Assembly (NCBI GenBank): GCA_910578815.1
Contig: CAJTSE010000007.1
Coordinates: 103,739-167,738, forward strand
Origin: an uncultured Acetatifactor sp.
Lineage (GTDB): Bacteria; Bacillota; Clostridia; Lachnospirales; Lachnospiraceae
Length of the DNA stretch: 64,000 bases
Direction: 5' to 3'
The position numbers and the translations under genes are program-made. The notes below the pieces were generated by a model. That model did no database searches, was not told the origin of the DNA, and saw nothing but the letters and a program-made list of their open reading frames with translations. Below, piece by piece: positions 37,470 to 45,640 of the stretch (position 1 is its first letter; every line of letters begins with the position of its first letter).

Positions 37470-40413
37470 GCTTTGTACCCCCCTGTTCCTTTACCGATAA
37501 ATGCAGTTCCTCCCGCTTTCTGGTGAGCTCCTGGTTAATTTCCTTGATATTCAGGTACAGGGTCTCTCTGGGATTTGCATGATCGCTCACCACATCATTA
37601 AAGGAGTACTGCACCATACGGGTGGTCATATAATTTCCGGGAACCGCTTCAATACCCACAGTCTGCCCAAACTGGCTCAGCAGACTGTCCAGCTCCGCAT
37701 TGCTCCAAGGCAGCTGCTTTAAAACCTCCGGGTCTGCCGCCGCATACCTGGCGGAAGTCCCCATGAGAGCCTCCAGGGAATTGGCAAACTGCAGCTGTGT
37801 ATCCGTGGAGGTCCACCACTTCAGGAACTCCCAGCAGGAAGCCAAGTCTCTGTTTTTAGCCATGATAACGGATTGGGTGGTATCCACTGCAAAGGATCTG
37901 TCTATATTGCCGTCCTCCTGCAGGACGCCGGGAATGGGATGGAAGCTCCAAAGGCCTTTGATCTCCGGTGCAAAAATTTCCAGCTGGTTAAAGGTGGTGT
38001 AATTAGTGATACCTACCGGAATTTCTCCCGTGCGGAAACGGTTGCTGAAGTCCACCTGTACATCCAGGCCATAACCGGTAAAGAAATCTGTATAATCCTT
38101 AAAGGCAATCATGGCCGCGTCGGCAGCCAGGCCGCTTTCGATACCGTAATCCGCGCCCAGCCCCAGATAAGGATCACCACCGTTCTGCATGACCATGCCC
38201 AGATAAAGATTCATATTATAAGCGATGGAGCTGCTGTTGGTGGTGGCTTCCGTCTGCTGTACGTTTGGTATGTATATATTGTAATTATTTTTCTGCAGCT
38301 CAGGAATCATCTCCCGCAGCTCCTGCCAGGTATCGGGGACCTCAAGCCCCAGTTCACCCAGAATATCATCCCTAGTAAAAAGCATCATAAAGGTGGTCTG
38401 CTCAGGGATTCCGTAATGACCTCCCTGGAAAGCCGACGCCTCAAGAGAGCTGTCATAAAATCTCTCTGTGGCCTCTTCATAGCCTTCCAGACCGGAAAGC
38501 TCCTGGACTGCGTTACGCATGGCGAAATCCTGCAGCGTGCCCTGGCCAAGACCGATCACCACGTCAGGTCCGTTTCCGGCAAGTGCCGCCCGCAGCACCA
38601 CATCCACGGGAATCAGCTGCAGATTCACGGAAATATCCGTTTCCGGCGTAAATTCCTCTTCAATCATGTTCTGAATCATCTGCGCCTGCTCGCGCCCGTA
38701 GGAAGCAAGCCATACTTTAATGGATCCTGAGCCGCCTCCAGAGTTATCCTCCGTAATCTGGCTGTTTTTGATAAAAAAGGTCGAAAAAAACCGCACCGTA
38801 CCGTTACCCAGTCCCGCAAAGAAGGAATCGCTGGCCTTAGGCAGCTTGGCATGTTCGGCGCTGAGTACCAGATAATCCAGCTCCAGCGGCATGGACGCTA
38901 CATTGACAAGCCAGGTGCCAAGAGCAGAAACATTATTCTTAAACTGTCCCAGCTCCATAATGACGCTTTCCGGGTCGTCCGCCAGCCAGGAAGCCTCCAT
39001 AGCCATCTTTTCCAGCATGGCCGTATTTTCACCCTTTTCACCGGTAATGGACACGATTTCGTCAATTACGGAATAAAGAATCTCACTCTGTTCCTGCATG
39101 GTATTTGCAAAATCAGGCAGCTTTTTAACGATTTCATAATCAATAAACCGATTCGGCACCTGCCCCGTAAGCTGAATCACATCCAGATAGGCACTGTTTA
39201 GCACCGTCATGCTCTCTTCCACCTGCGTGATAATGCTTCCCATGGGCCCCATGACGTTTTCCAGGGTAATGGTGTTCACGCCCTCCTGCAGATGGAATAA
39301 ATAAGGATTCCCTCCCTCGTCCGCAACGGTATAATTATTCATACCGTTCTGATAGTCAAAGCCAATGGCCTGCATTTCCGCGTAAGGGACCTGTCCGTTC
39401 ACATACAGCCTGCGGTAGCTGGTGACGCCTCTGTTCAGATTCTGACGTCCCTTAAAGGTAAGCTCATACAACCCTTCCCGCGGCACCTCTATCTTCCAGG
39501 TAATGGAATCTCCCGGCTGAGCCCAGTTTTCCGCGCCAATGGTATTGTAAACGATATAATAAGGATGAAAGGGCTGCAGTTCACTGTCCGAATAATTTTT
39601 CTGGATATTGATGGAGGAAGAACTCTTGATAATCCCTGCCGTCCCTTCCGTCTGCCTTTCCGCCTGATAAATGAAGGTTTCCCCGTCATAAACGGGGTAC
39701 TGCCCTTTCAGCCCGTCTATTAGCTGTGCATATGATAAGGGCTGCTCTGCCGCTTTAAAGGTAATAGATGTATATTCCAGGGGCTCCTTGATCACCTCAA
39801 AGCCAATAGTGTGCTTCCCCTTTTCCAGGTACACCGTCAGCGCACCGTTATTCCTTCTCTGATAATCCTCCAGAAACCACCTGGTTTCGCCGTAAACCTC
39901 GTCTGCTTCCGGACGAATCTCATTTTTGTTTTTAACACGAATCTCCTGATCCTGCCACCAGCGCTTAATTACGATCTGGGACAGGGCCTCATAGGGAATC
40001 TCCCCGTCTATGTACACCTTCCTCTGAATATCGGATGTGGTCCCAGGCAGAGCGATATAACCCAGCTCGATATTATAAAAGCCCGAATCCGCCACTTGGA
40101 ACTCCCAGGTAATGGTTCCGCTATCCTCCGTCAGAATTCCCTGCTCTCCTATATTTGCCGTCATGTCTGCCGACAAGGTAAACTTTTCCAGATTCACCGT
40201 TACCTCGCTGTCGGACAACATTCCTTCAAAACCGTTTGCTTCCAGATACTCCCCGTAGCTTTCCTCATATGAAGCCGTTATCTGCTTGGGAACTGCATTC
40301 GCCCCGTTCCGGGCCCCTGACCGGATCCCCAGAATCACCAATACAACGATGATAACTGCCGCCGCTGCCAGTGCCCCTGCTAATTTACCGCTTATTCTCC
40401 GTTTCCGTTTCAT
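37450..40413 (-). CDS. Giant (about 987 aa) TM-anchored solute-binding protein: two tandem CBM-like beta-sandwich modules fused to an ABC SBP domain
   Basis: N-terminal TM helix and a duplicated module (TITWEFQVADSGFYNIELGY...RKVYIDGEIPYEAL / SITWKIEVPREGLYELTFKG...RRLYVNGQVPYAEM). The C-terminal half looks like a family-1 SBP (IKVWLASYGREQAQMIQNMIEEEFTPETDISVNLQLIP...). Start set to ATG 40413 (GAGAGGG RBS). Confidence 0.7.
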   Translation of the reverse strand: MKRKRRISGKLAGALAAAAVIIVVLVILGIRSGARNGANAVPKQITASYEESYGEYLEANGFEGMLSDSEVTVNLEKFTLSADMTANIGEQGILTEDSGTITWEFQVADSGFYNIELGYIALPGTTSDIQRKVYIDGEIPYEALSQIVIKRWWQDQEIRVKNKNEIRPEADEVYGETRWFLEDYQRRNNGALTVYLEKGKHTIGFEVIKEPLEYTSITFKAAEQPLSYAQLIDGLKGQYPVYDGETFIYQAERQTEGTAGIIKSSSSINIQKNYSDSELQPFHPYYIVYNTIGAENWAQPGDSITWKIEVPREGLYELTFKGRQNLNRGVTSYRRLYVNGQVPYAEMQAIGFDYQNGMNNYTVADEGGNPYLFHLQEGVNTITLENVMGPMGSIITQVEESMTVLNSAYLDVIQLTGQVPNRFIDYEIVKKLPDFANTMQEQSEILYSVIDEIVSITGEKGENTAMLEKMAMEASWLADDPESVIMELGQFKNNVSALGTWLVNVASMPLELDYLVLSAEHAKLPKASDSFFAGLGNGTVRFFSTFFIKNSQITEDNSGGGSGSIKVWLASYGREQAQMIQNMIEEEFTPETDISVNLQLIPVDVVLRAALAGNGPDVVIGLGQGTLQDFAMRNAVQELSGLEGYEEATERFYDSSLEASAFQGGHYGIPEQTTFMMLFTRDDILGELGLEVPDTWQELREMIPELQKNNYNIYIPNVQQTEATTNSSSIAYNMNLYLGMVMQNGGDPYLGLGADYGIESGLAADAAMIAFKDYTDFFTGYGLDVQVDFSNRFRTGEIPVGITNYTTFNQLEIFAPEIKGLWSFHPIPGVLQEDGNIDRSFAVDTTQSVIMAKNRDLASCWEFLKWWTSTDTQLQFANSLEALMGTSARYAAADPEVLKQLPWSNAELDSLLSQFGQTVGIEAVPGNYMTTRMVQYSFNDVVSDHANPRETLYLNIKEINQELTRKREELHLSVKEQGGTKHEEKYE

Positions 40414-40553
40414 AGGATGCCCTCTCACTTCCCGATTCCTGTATTCCCCTATTACCCATATCCAATCCGGCAGGGAAGATTCCCCCCTTCAATCGAGCAG
40501 AGAAGAGCCATCTTTCCCTGCTCGTGCGCAGCGCGCACTGCACTCCTGTGCAT

Positions 40554-40590
40554 AAAAAGGGCGGGTAGGTTCCCAGCCTCCCGCCCTTCC
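40554..40590 (-). terminator. Intra-operon terminator or attenuator after the 715-aa SBP gene
   Basis: Minus strand: GGGCGGGAGG-ctgggaa-CCTACCCGCCC followed by TTTTTAT, 6 nt after the stop. Confidence 0.7.
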
Positions 40591-40595
40591 TTTCC

Positions 40596-42743
40596 TTATT
40601 CAGCCGCCACTGTAACCTCCAGTGTCTCGCTGCCGGTATTGCCTGCATAATCCGTCACGGTCACTACCACCTTGTAAATGCCTGCCGTAGTGGTATCCAG
40701 CTCGGATAAATCTGCGGTAATGCTGTCCTTCACATCAATACCGTCCGCATCCACAGCGGTATCCACGAAGCTCTTCCAGTCGATGGTGGAAGCATCCGTA
40801 TCAACCTTCACAGTAGGAAGCTCAGCCACAGGCGTAATCACGGGAGCCTCTTTATTATCAGGATTGTATACTACCACCTTAAACCGGGAGGTTTCTTCAT
40901 TTCCCGAAGAGTCGCTGATATGAATCTTCACGGACTCGTCACCCTCGTATACGCCAACAATATCCAGATGCTCCTGGAAATTGCCGCCGGTCATATCCTC
41001 AAAGGTTGCGCTTGCGGGATCCAGCACGCCGTCCACGGAATCCTCGGCGGTGAAATACTGCGTCCAGTCAATGTCCTCATACTTTGTTCCCACGGGAACC
41101 GCCACCGTTTCCTTGGTAATGGAAGGCTTCTGGTTATCATGGATGCTGTCGGATGCCAGATTACTTGCAATATCGCTCATCAGGTTATTCATGGCATCCT
41201 TGTTTGCCTTGATGGTCACGTCATAGGAAGAAGTACCGTCTACACCTGTCAGGGACTTACCCAGCAGAGTAGCAAAGGAAGCGTCATTATTCTCCCAGAT
41301 GCCCAGCAAGCCTGCAGGGTTTCCTGCCAGATTGTTGGCAACCGCCTGGAAGCAGGCCAGCGCATCATCGCCGAAGTTCTCGTCATACAGATCTACACCG
41401 TAACCTGCCAGAACCTCTGCCGCAGCCATGTTCTTGTATTCCGTTACAGAATCTACGCCGCCCAGAGTCTTCCAGTAGGTGTTCCAAAACAGAATATATG
41501 ATTTCAGAGCCAGTTCCGTATCTACATTGCTGCCCTTTAAGATACCAACGCTGTCGCCCATATTCAGCACCTGGCTGTAGTCCTCGCTGTCCGCTGCCAG
41601 ACGGTCCGCTCTGGGCCAGGGAATGATGGCAATGCTCTCTCCGCGCTCACCGCACTGGGAAGCATAATCGCCGATCCGCCAGTTGGGAGCATCCGTAAAC
41701 ACGGTAGCGCCCCGTCCGAAGTCGTCTCCGCCTTCACACCAGCGGGGTACAAAGCCGTCATCGTAAAGTCCGCAGTCCGTCAAGAGCTCTGCATTCCGCA
41801 GCTTCTCGATAAACTGTACCGCTTCGATGGAAGCATCGGAATCCGCTGCAATGGCTCCGTCTCTGTAGATACCGCTGCCGTTGGCATACATTGCCGCCAG
41901 CGCCGCATAACGGAAGTCAGTCTCATAGGCCTGAACCGTGTCATAGTGAGCCGCATCCGCAGGCGCCGCTACGCTGCTGTAGTAAGCATCTACCTTGGTC
42001 AGATAATCCTCAAAGGCACTCCAGGTCCAGTTTCCCTCCAAATACAGATCCATGGGATAAATGGTCTTGCCGTCAGCGTCCTTCAGGGAATCCACCTTAT
42101 CCAGCATGGTCAGATTCACCACCAGGGGGAAGTATGGCACGAAGTCCATATCATTGTCCAGTAAATAATAATGCCCGAACAGTTCCTCATCCAGAAGCCA
42201 GGCCGCCTCTTCATCCTCAAACAGGCCCACATAATCGTCCAGCTTCTGCAAAATATTCTGTGCAAGCACGGTAGCTTCGGAGCCGCCCCACAGCACGGCG
42301 ATGTCGCAGAGGGGATCTCCTGCCAGCACGCTGGTCATCAAGTCCGTTCTGGTATCGTTAGGGAACTGTACAAACTCAAATTCTACATTCAGTTCATTCT
42401 TAATTGCTTCCAGACCGGCAATCGCCGCCTGCCTCTTAGCCTCCGGCATGGTGTATTCCCCGCTCACATCGTCCACATGATAGGGATCCAGCTCATTTAA
42501 CCAGTGACTTCCGTAACGGATTACCGTAGCCTCTGCGGGAACTGCCGGCTCATCCTCCTTACTCTCAGGTGCAGACTCAGGTGTGCTTTCCGGTTTGCTC
42601 TCACTGGGCTGCTGCTCTGAAGTACCCCCCCCATTTGGATCGGTGCTGCCGCTGCCGCTTGTCTGCGTATTATTATCGCCGCAGGCTGCCAGCGAGAAAG
42701 CCATAACAGCACTCATCATCAATGCCACAACTTTCTTTTTCAT
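40596..42743 (-). CDS. 715-aa lipoprotein solute-binding protein with C-terminal Ig-like repeats
   Basis: Lipobox SLAAC, a Ser/Glu/Pro linker and an SBP-like core. Two C-terminal Ig-like/DUF5011-like modules, ending ...AGIYKVVVTVTDYAGNTGSETLEVTV. Confidence 0.75.
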   Translation of the reverse strand: MKKKVVALMMSAVMAFSLAACGDNNTQTSGSGSTDPNGGGTSEQQPSESKPESTPESAPESKEDEPAVPAEATVIRYGSHWLNELDPYHVDDVSGEYTMPEAKRQAAIAGLEAIKNELNVEFEFVQFPNDTRTDLMTSVLAGDPLCDIAVLWGGSEATVLAQNILQKLDDYVGLFEDEEAAWLLDEELFGHYYLLDNDMDFVPYFPLVVNLTMLDKVDSLKDADGKTIYPMDLYLEGNWTWSAFEDYLTKVDAYYSSVAAPADAAHYDTVQAYETDFRYAALAAMYANGSGIYRDGAIAADSDASIEAVQFIEKLRNAELLTDCGLYDDGFVPRWCEGGDDFGRGATVFTDAPNWRIGDYASQCGERGESIAIIPWPRADRLAADSEDYSQVLNMGDSVGILKGSNVDTELALKSYILFWNTYWKTLGGVDSVTEYKNMAAAEVLAGYGVDLYDENFGDDALACFQAVANNLAGNPAGLLGIWENNDASFATLLGKSLTGVDGTSSYDVTIKANKDAMNNLMSDIASNLASDSIHDNQKPSITKETVAVPVGTKYEDIDWTQYFTAEDSVDGVLDPASATFEDMTGGNFQEHLDIVGVYEGDESVKIHISDSSGNEETSRFKVVVYNPDNKEAPVITPVAELPTVKVDTDASTIDWKSFVDTAVDADGIDVKDSITADLSELDTTTAGIYKVVVTVTDYAGNTGSETLEVTVAAE

Positions 42744-42863
42744 CCTTTTCCTCCTTTATTGGCCGTACCCGGAACACCATTCCTAAGCTGCCGGCAGGAT
42801 CTCCGCTGTTTTGCCGAAATCCGACCGATATATTTACAATGCCGTACCAGTACATAGCCATTT

Positions 42864-42877
42864 TGAAATCGGTTTCA
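42864..42877. promoter_or_regulatory. LacI/CcpA-type operator palindrome TGAAATCGGTTTCA
   Basis: 6 of 7 half-site pairs are complementary and it fits the cre/LacI-family consensus TGNAANCGNTNNCA. Lies 8 nt downstream of the predicted -10 of the SBP operon promoter. Confidence 0.55.
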
Positions 42878-42884
42878 CAATTAC

Positions 42885-42913
42885 ATAATAAATTTGTATG
42901 GGCATTTTGTCAA
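42885..42913 (-). promoter_or_regulatory. Promoter of the glycan ABC operon: TTGACA-N17-TATTAT (minus strand)
   Basis: TGTCAA at 42908-42913 and ATAATA at 42885-42890 on the plus strand, giving TTGACA / TATTAT on the minus strand with a 17-nt spacer. Confidence 0.5.
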
Positions 42914-43035
42914 TGCTTTTCAGCTACTTTTTTTGTTTTATTGTTTAATTTGTCATTTTGTACAAACTTAGCACCATAATTTTTGTGCATATATTTATTT
43001 ATGCGCTGCAGACAATAAAAATACTGCATTTTTTC

Positions 43036-43049
43036 AGAAACCGGTTTTA
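43036..43049. promoter_or_regulatory. Second LacI-type palindrome, AGAAACCGGTTTTA (perfect 10-mer core AAACCGGTTT)
   Basis: Perfect palindrome at 43038-43047, in the intergenic region between the ABC operon and the LacI gene. Half-sites are related to the 42864 site. Confidence 0.4.
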
Positions 43050-43062
43050 CGGAGAGACATTT

Positions 43063-43225
43063 TATTGGCAGCAGTTCCGTCCACACCCGTCACAAAGCCG
43101 CACCGATGGAGCTTTCCGCTGCTTCGCTGCTGCCTTTGCTCATAAGGCGACGTTCCCGCAGCCGGTATAATCAGCCAAAACCTCGTGCAGGCACAATTTT
43201 CAGCTGCTCACATCGGTCGGCTGAA
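43063..43225. repeat. Solo, degenerate copy of the 'array-tail' module (no tandem array), ending in GGCTGAACTG
   Basis: tccgctgcttcgctgctgcctttgctcataaggcgacgttcccgcagccgg...tcggctgaactg aligns with 16154-16270 (tccgctgcttcgcagctaactttgctcatgaaatggcgctccctcagcgg...ctggctgaactg). Confidence 0.65.
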
Positions 43226-43235
43226 CTGATATTGG

Positions 43236-43451
43236 TAACAGTTCAGCCATGCCATTCATAAGTCTTGACAATAGAAAGTACGCTTTCTATTGTATGACCG
43301 GAATATACATTTTTGCCAACAATTAATATAACTGCCGGCAACTTATTTCATGTCGGGCGTCCGCCCTATAGAAATGATTGTACAAGTTGCCCTTAGTGAG
43401 TAAGCTCCCACGGGCAATTTGTACAATCATTTCTGCATGGCTGAACTGTTA
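43236..43451 (+). mobile_element. 216-bp MITE-like element, copy 1: 17-bp perfect terminal inverted repeats and a 9-bp target-site duplication
   Basis: TIRs TAACAGTTCAGCCATGC / GCATGGCTGAACTGTTA. CTGATATTG sits at 43226-43234 and again at 43452-43460. Internal 23-bp-arm hairpin (43370-43392 / 43412-43433). Internal TTGACA-N17-TATTGT. No ORF. Confidence 0.8.
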
Positions 43452-43590
43452 CTGATATTGTAAATTAATACCGTGTCTGTAGTGACAAACTTCATTGATT
43501 GATATATAATAAGATCAGTATACGAAGGAAAGCCTTACAGCCTCTTCATAAACAGCAGTTCTGAAAGCGCTTTCATAATGAGATAAGGAA

Positions 43591-44661
43591 TTGAATACTG
43601 TCATGGAAGATTTACGAGCCTTAGAAGGGAAAAAAATAACAATATATGATATTGCCAGGGAAGCCGGCGTATCACCGGCCACCGTATCAAGAGTACTGAC
43701 AAATAATGCCAGGGTTAAATCCGACAAATGGGAAGCGGTTCAGGCCGTTATCGCCAAGTATAACTTCCGTCCCAACGCCCTGGCCAGAAGCCTTTCCGAA
43801 ACCCGCCGAAAAGTCATCGGCATCATTATGGCGGACGTCCGCAATCCCTATTACGCCAAGCTGTTCGTGGCTTGCGAACAGGCCGCGCGGGAAAAAGGCT
43901 ATTCCCTTTTACTGGAAAACTCCTTAGGCCGACAGTCTATCGAAGAGCAGCAGCTGATCCTTATGGAAGAGCAGCGTGTGGACGCCATCATCCTGGTGGG
44001 CGGCCGCTCCGATGACCTGCATTCCAATGAGGCTTTTGTAGAAAAGGTGAATCAAGTCTGCAACTCCATTCCCGTAATCCTCACCGGCAAACTGGACGGC
44101 ACCTCCTGCTATCAGGTACGCATCGACGCCATCAAAACCATGGATCTGGTGATGGAGCATCTGCTGGCTCTGGGCCATCGGGACATTGCCCTGGCAGGCG
44201 GATTGGATGCCGTAGCCTCTTCTTACGAAAAAAGGAAACGCTATAAACAGATTCTGTCCAAGTATCAGATTCCCTGCCGCCCTGAGTATTATGAAAACTT
44301 TGGCAGTTACGACTATGAAACCGGCTATGAGCAGACCGCAAGGCTGCTTGCACTAAACAATGTCCCTACTGCCATCATCGGCATTAACGATTCCGCTGCC
44401 GCCGGCGCCATGAACTGCATTCAGGAGCATGGTCTGCGGGTCCCTGACGATATATCCGTGGTGGGCTATGACAATACCCTGATCTGTAATGTAGTAACCC
44501 CAAAGCTCACCAGTATTGATTACAACTATGACGAATTTGCAAAAAAGCTGATTGCCACCGTGGACGGAGTCTACGATTCCGCTCTCCTTCCGCCCCTGCA
44601 GCTGATCGAGCCTTCACTGATCATTCGCGGCTCTACCTGCAGGGTCAGGACGCAGCTGTAA
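43591..44661 (+). CDS. LacI-family transcriptional regulator (start may be ATG 43603)
   Basis: N-terminal HTH ITIYDIAREAGVSPATVSRVLTNNARV and a periplasmic-binding-fold C-domain. Divergent from the ABC operon. Confidence 0.9.
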   Translation: MNTVMEDLRALEGKKITIYDIAREAGVSPATVSRVLTNNARVKSDKWEAVQAVIAKYNFRPNALARSLSETRRKVIGIIMADVRNPYYAKLFVACEQAAREKGYSLLLENSLGRQSIEEQQLILMEEQRVDAIILVGGRSDDLHSNEAFVEKVNQVCNSIPVILTGKLDGTSCYQVRIDAIKTMDLVMEHLLALGHRDIALAGGLDAVASSYEKRKRYKQILSKYQIPCRPEYYENFGSYDYETGYEQTARLLALNNVPTAIIGINDSAAAGAMNCIQEHGLRVPDDISVVGYDNTLICNVVTPKLTSIDYNYDEFAKKLIATVDGVYDSALLPPLQLIEPSLIIRGSTCRVRTQL

Positions 44662-44776
44662 ACCGCAGGTGCCGAGGCTGTCAGCCGGCAATACACAGGA
44701 GCAATCAAGTCGTGAACGCCATCGCTAGTGCGGTCTGCAATATGCGCAGAATTTTGGCAGGATCCGCCCACCGTGT

Positions 44777-44824
44777 TTTAAAAAGGCCGATCACCCCGGA
44801 AATGGATTCCGGAATGATCGGCCT
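44777..44824 (-). terminator. Terminator after rpsR (also usable for the convergent LacI gene)
   Basis: AGGCCGATCA (44784-44793) pairs with TGATCGGCCT (44815-44824), with an inner CCGGAA...TTCCGG stem. There is a T-run on the minus strand. Confidence 0.7.
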
Positions 44825-44855
44825 CTGCCTGTCTGATTGATTGTCTGATGATCTA

Positions 44856-45119
44856 TTAATCCTGAACGTAGGGCATCAGCGCAATGTGACGCGCTCTCTT
44901 GATCGCTACGGTCAGCGCTCTCTGATGCTTTGCGCAGTTGCCGGTAATACGGCGGGGAAGGATCTTGCCTCTCTCAGATACGTATCTCTTCAGTTTGTTC
45001 GTATCCTTATAATCAATTACATTATCCTTTCCGCAGAATACACATACTTTTTTTCTTCTGTGCATCCCACCCTTTTTCCTTACCGGTGCATCGGGTTTCT
45101 CTGCTTTATTATATGCCAT
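44856..45119 (-). CDS. rpsR: 30S ribosomal protein S18
   Basis: [64 protein letters not shown]. Confidence 0.97.
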   Translation of the reverse strand: MAYNKAEKPDAPVRKKGGMHRRKKVCVFCGKDNVIDYKDTNKLKRYVSERGKILPRRITGNCAKHQRALTVAIKRARHIALMPYVQD

Positions 45120-45146
45120 TTTGTCTGCCTCCTGTTTCCTTCAAAC

Positions 45147-45617
45147 TTAGTTAAACGGTAACTCCTCGTCAATGCCGTCCGGGATGTTCATAAAGCCGTC
45201 ACCCGCTCCGGAAGCCGCCGGCGCGTTTCCGCCGCCTGCAAAACCGCCGTTGTTGTAACTATTATTGTAGCCCCCGTCTCCGTTTCCGCCGGAAGCATTT
45301 TTGCTCTCGGCAAATTCAATCTCATCCACCATGATACGGACACTGTAAACCATCTGTCCTTCCTTATTGGTGTAATTGTCATTCTGGACCCTGCCGCTGA
45401 GTACGATTTTTGTACCCTTGTGCAGGTATCTCTCTACAAATTCTGCCTGCTTGCCAAAGCAGGTGCAGTTAAAAAAGTCTGCGTCAGGTTCCCCGTCCCG
45501 CTTAAACCTTCTGTCCACTGCCACGGAAAAGCGCGCTACTGCGGTCTGGCTTGCTCCCTGGGAATATCTTACCTCAGGGTCTCTTGTTAAACGTCCCATA
45601 AGAATTACTTTGTTCAT
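45147..45617 (-). CDS. ssb: Single-stranded DNA-binding protein
   Basis: MNKVILMGRLTRDPEVRY OB fold, a Gly/Asn-rich linker and the acidic tip DEELPF. Confidence 0.97.
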   Translation of the reverse strand: MNKVILMGRLTRDPEVRYSQGASQTAVARFSVAVDRRFKRDGEPDADFFNCTCFGKQAEFVERYLHKGTKIVLSGRVQNDNYTNKEGQMVYSVRIMVDEIEFAESKNASGGNGDGGYNNSYNNGGFAGGGNAPAASGAGDGFMNIPDGIDEELPFN

Positions 45618-45640
45618 GATCTACTCTTCTCGCTTTCTAA

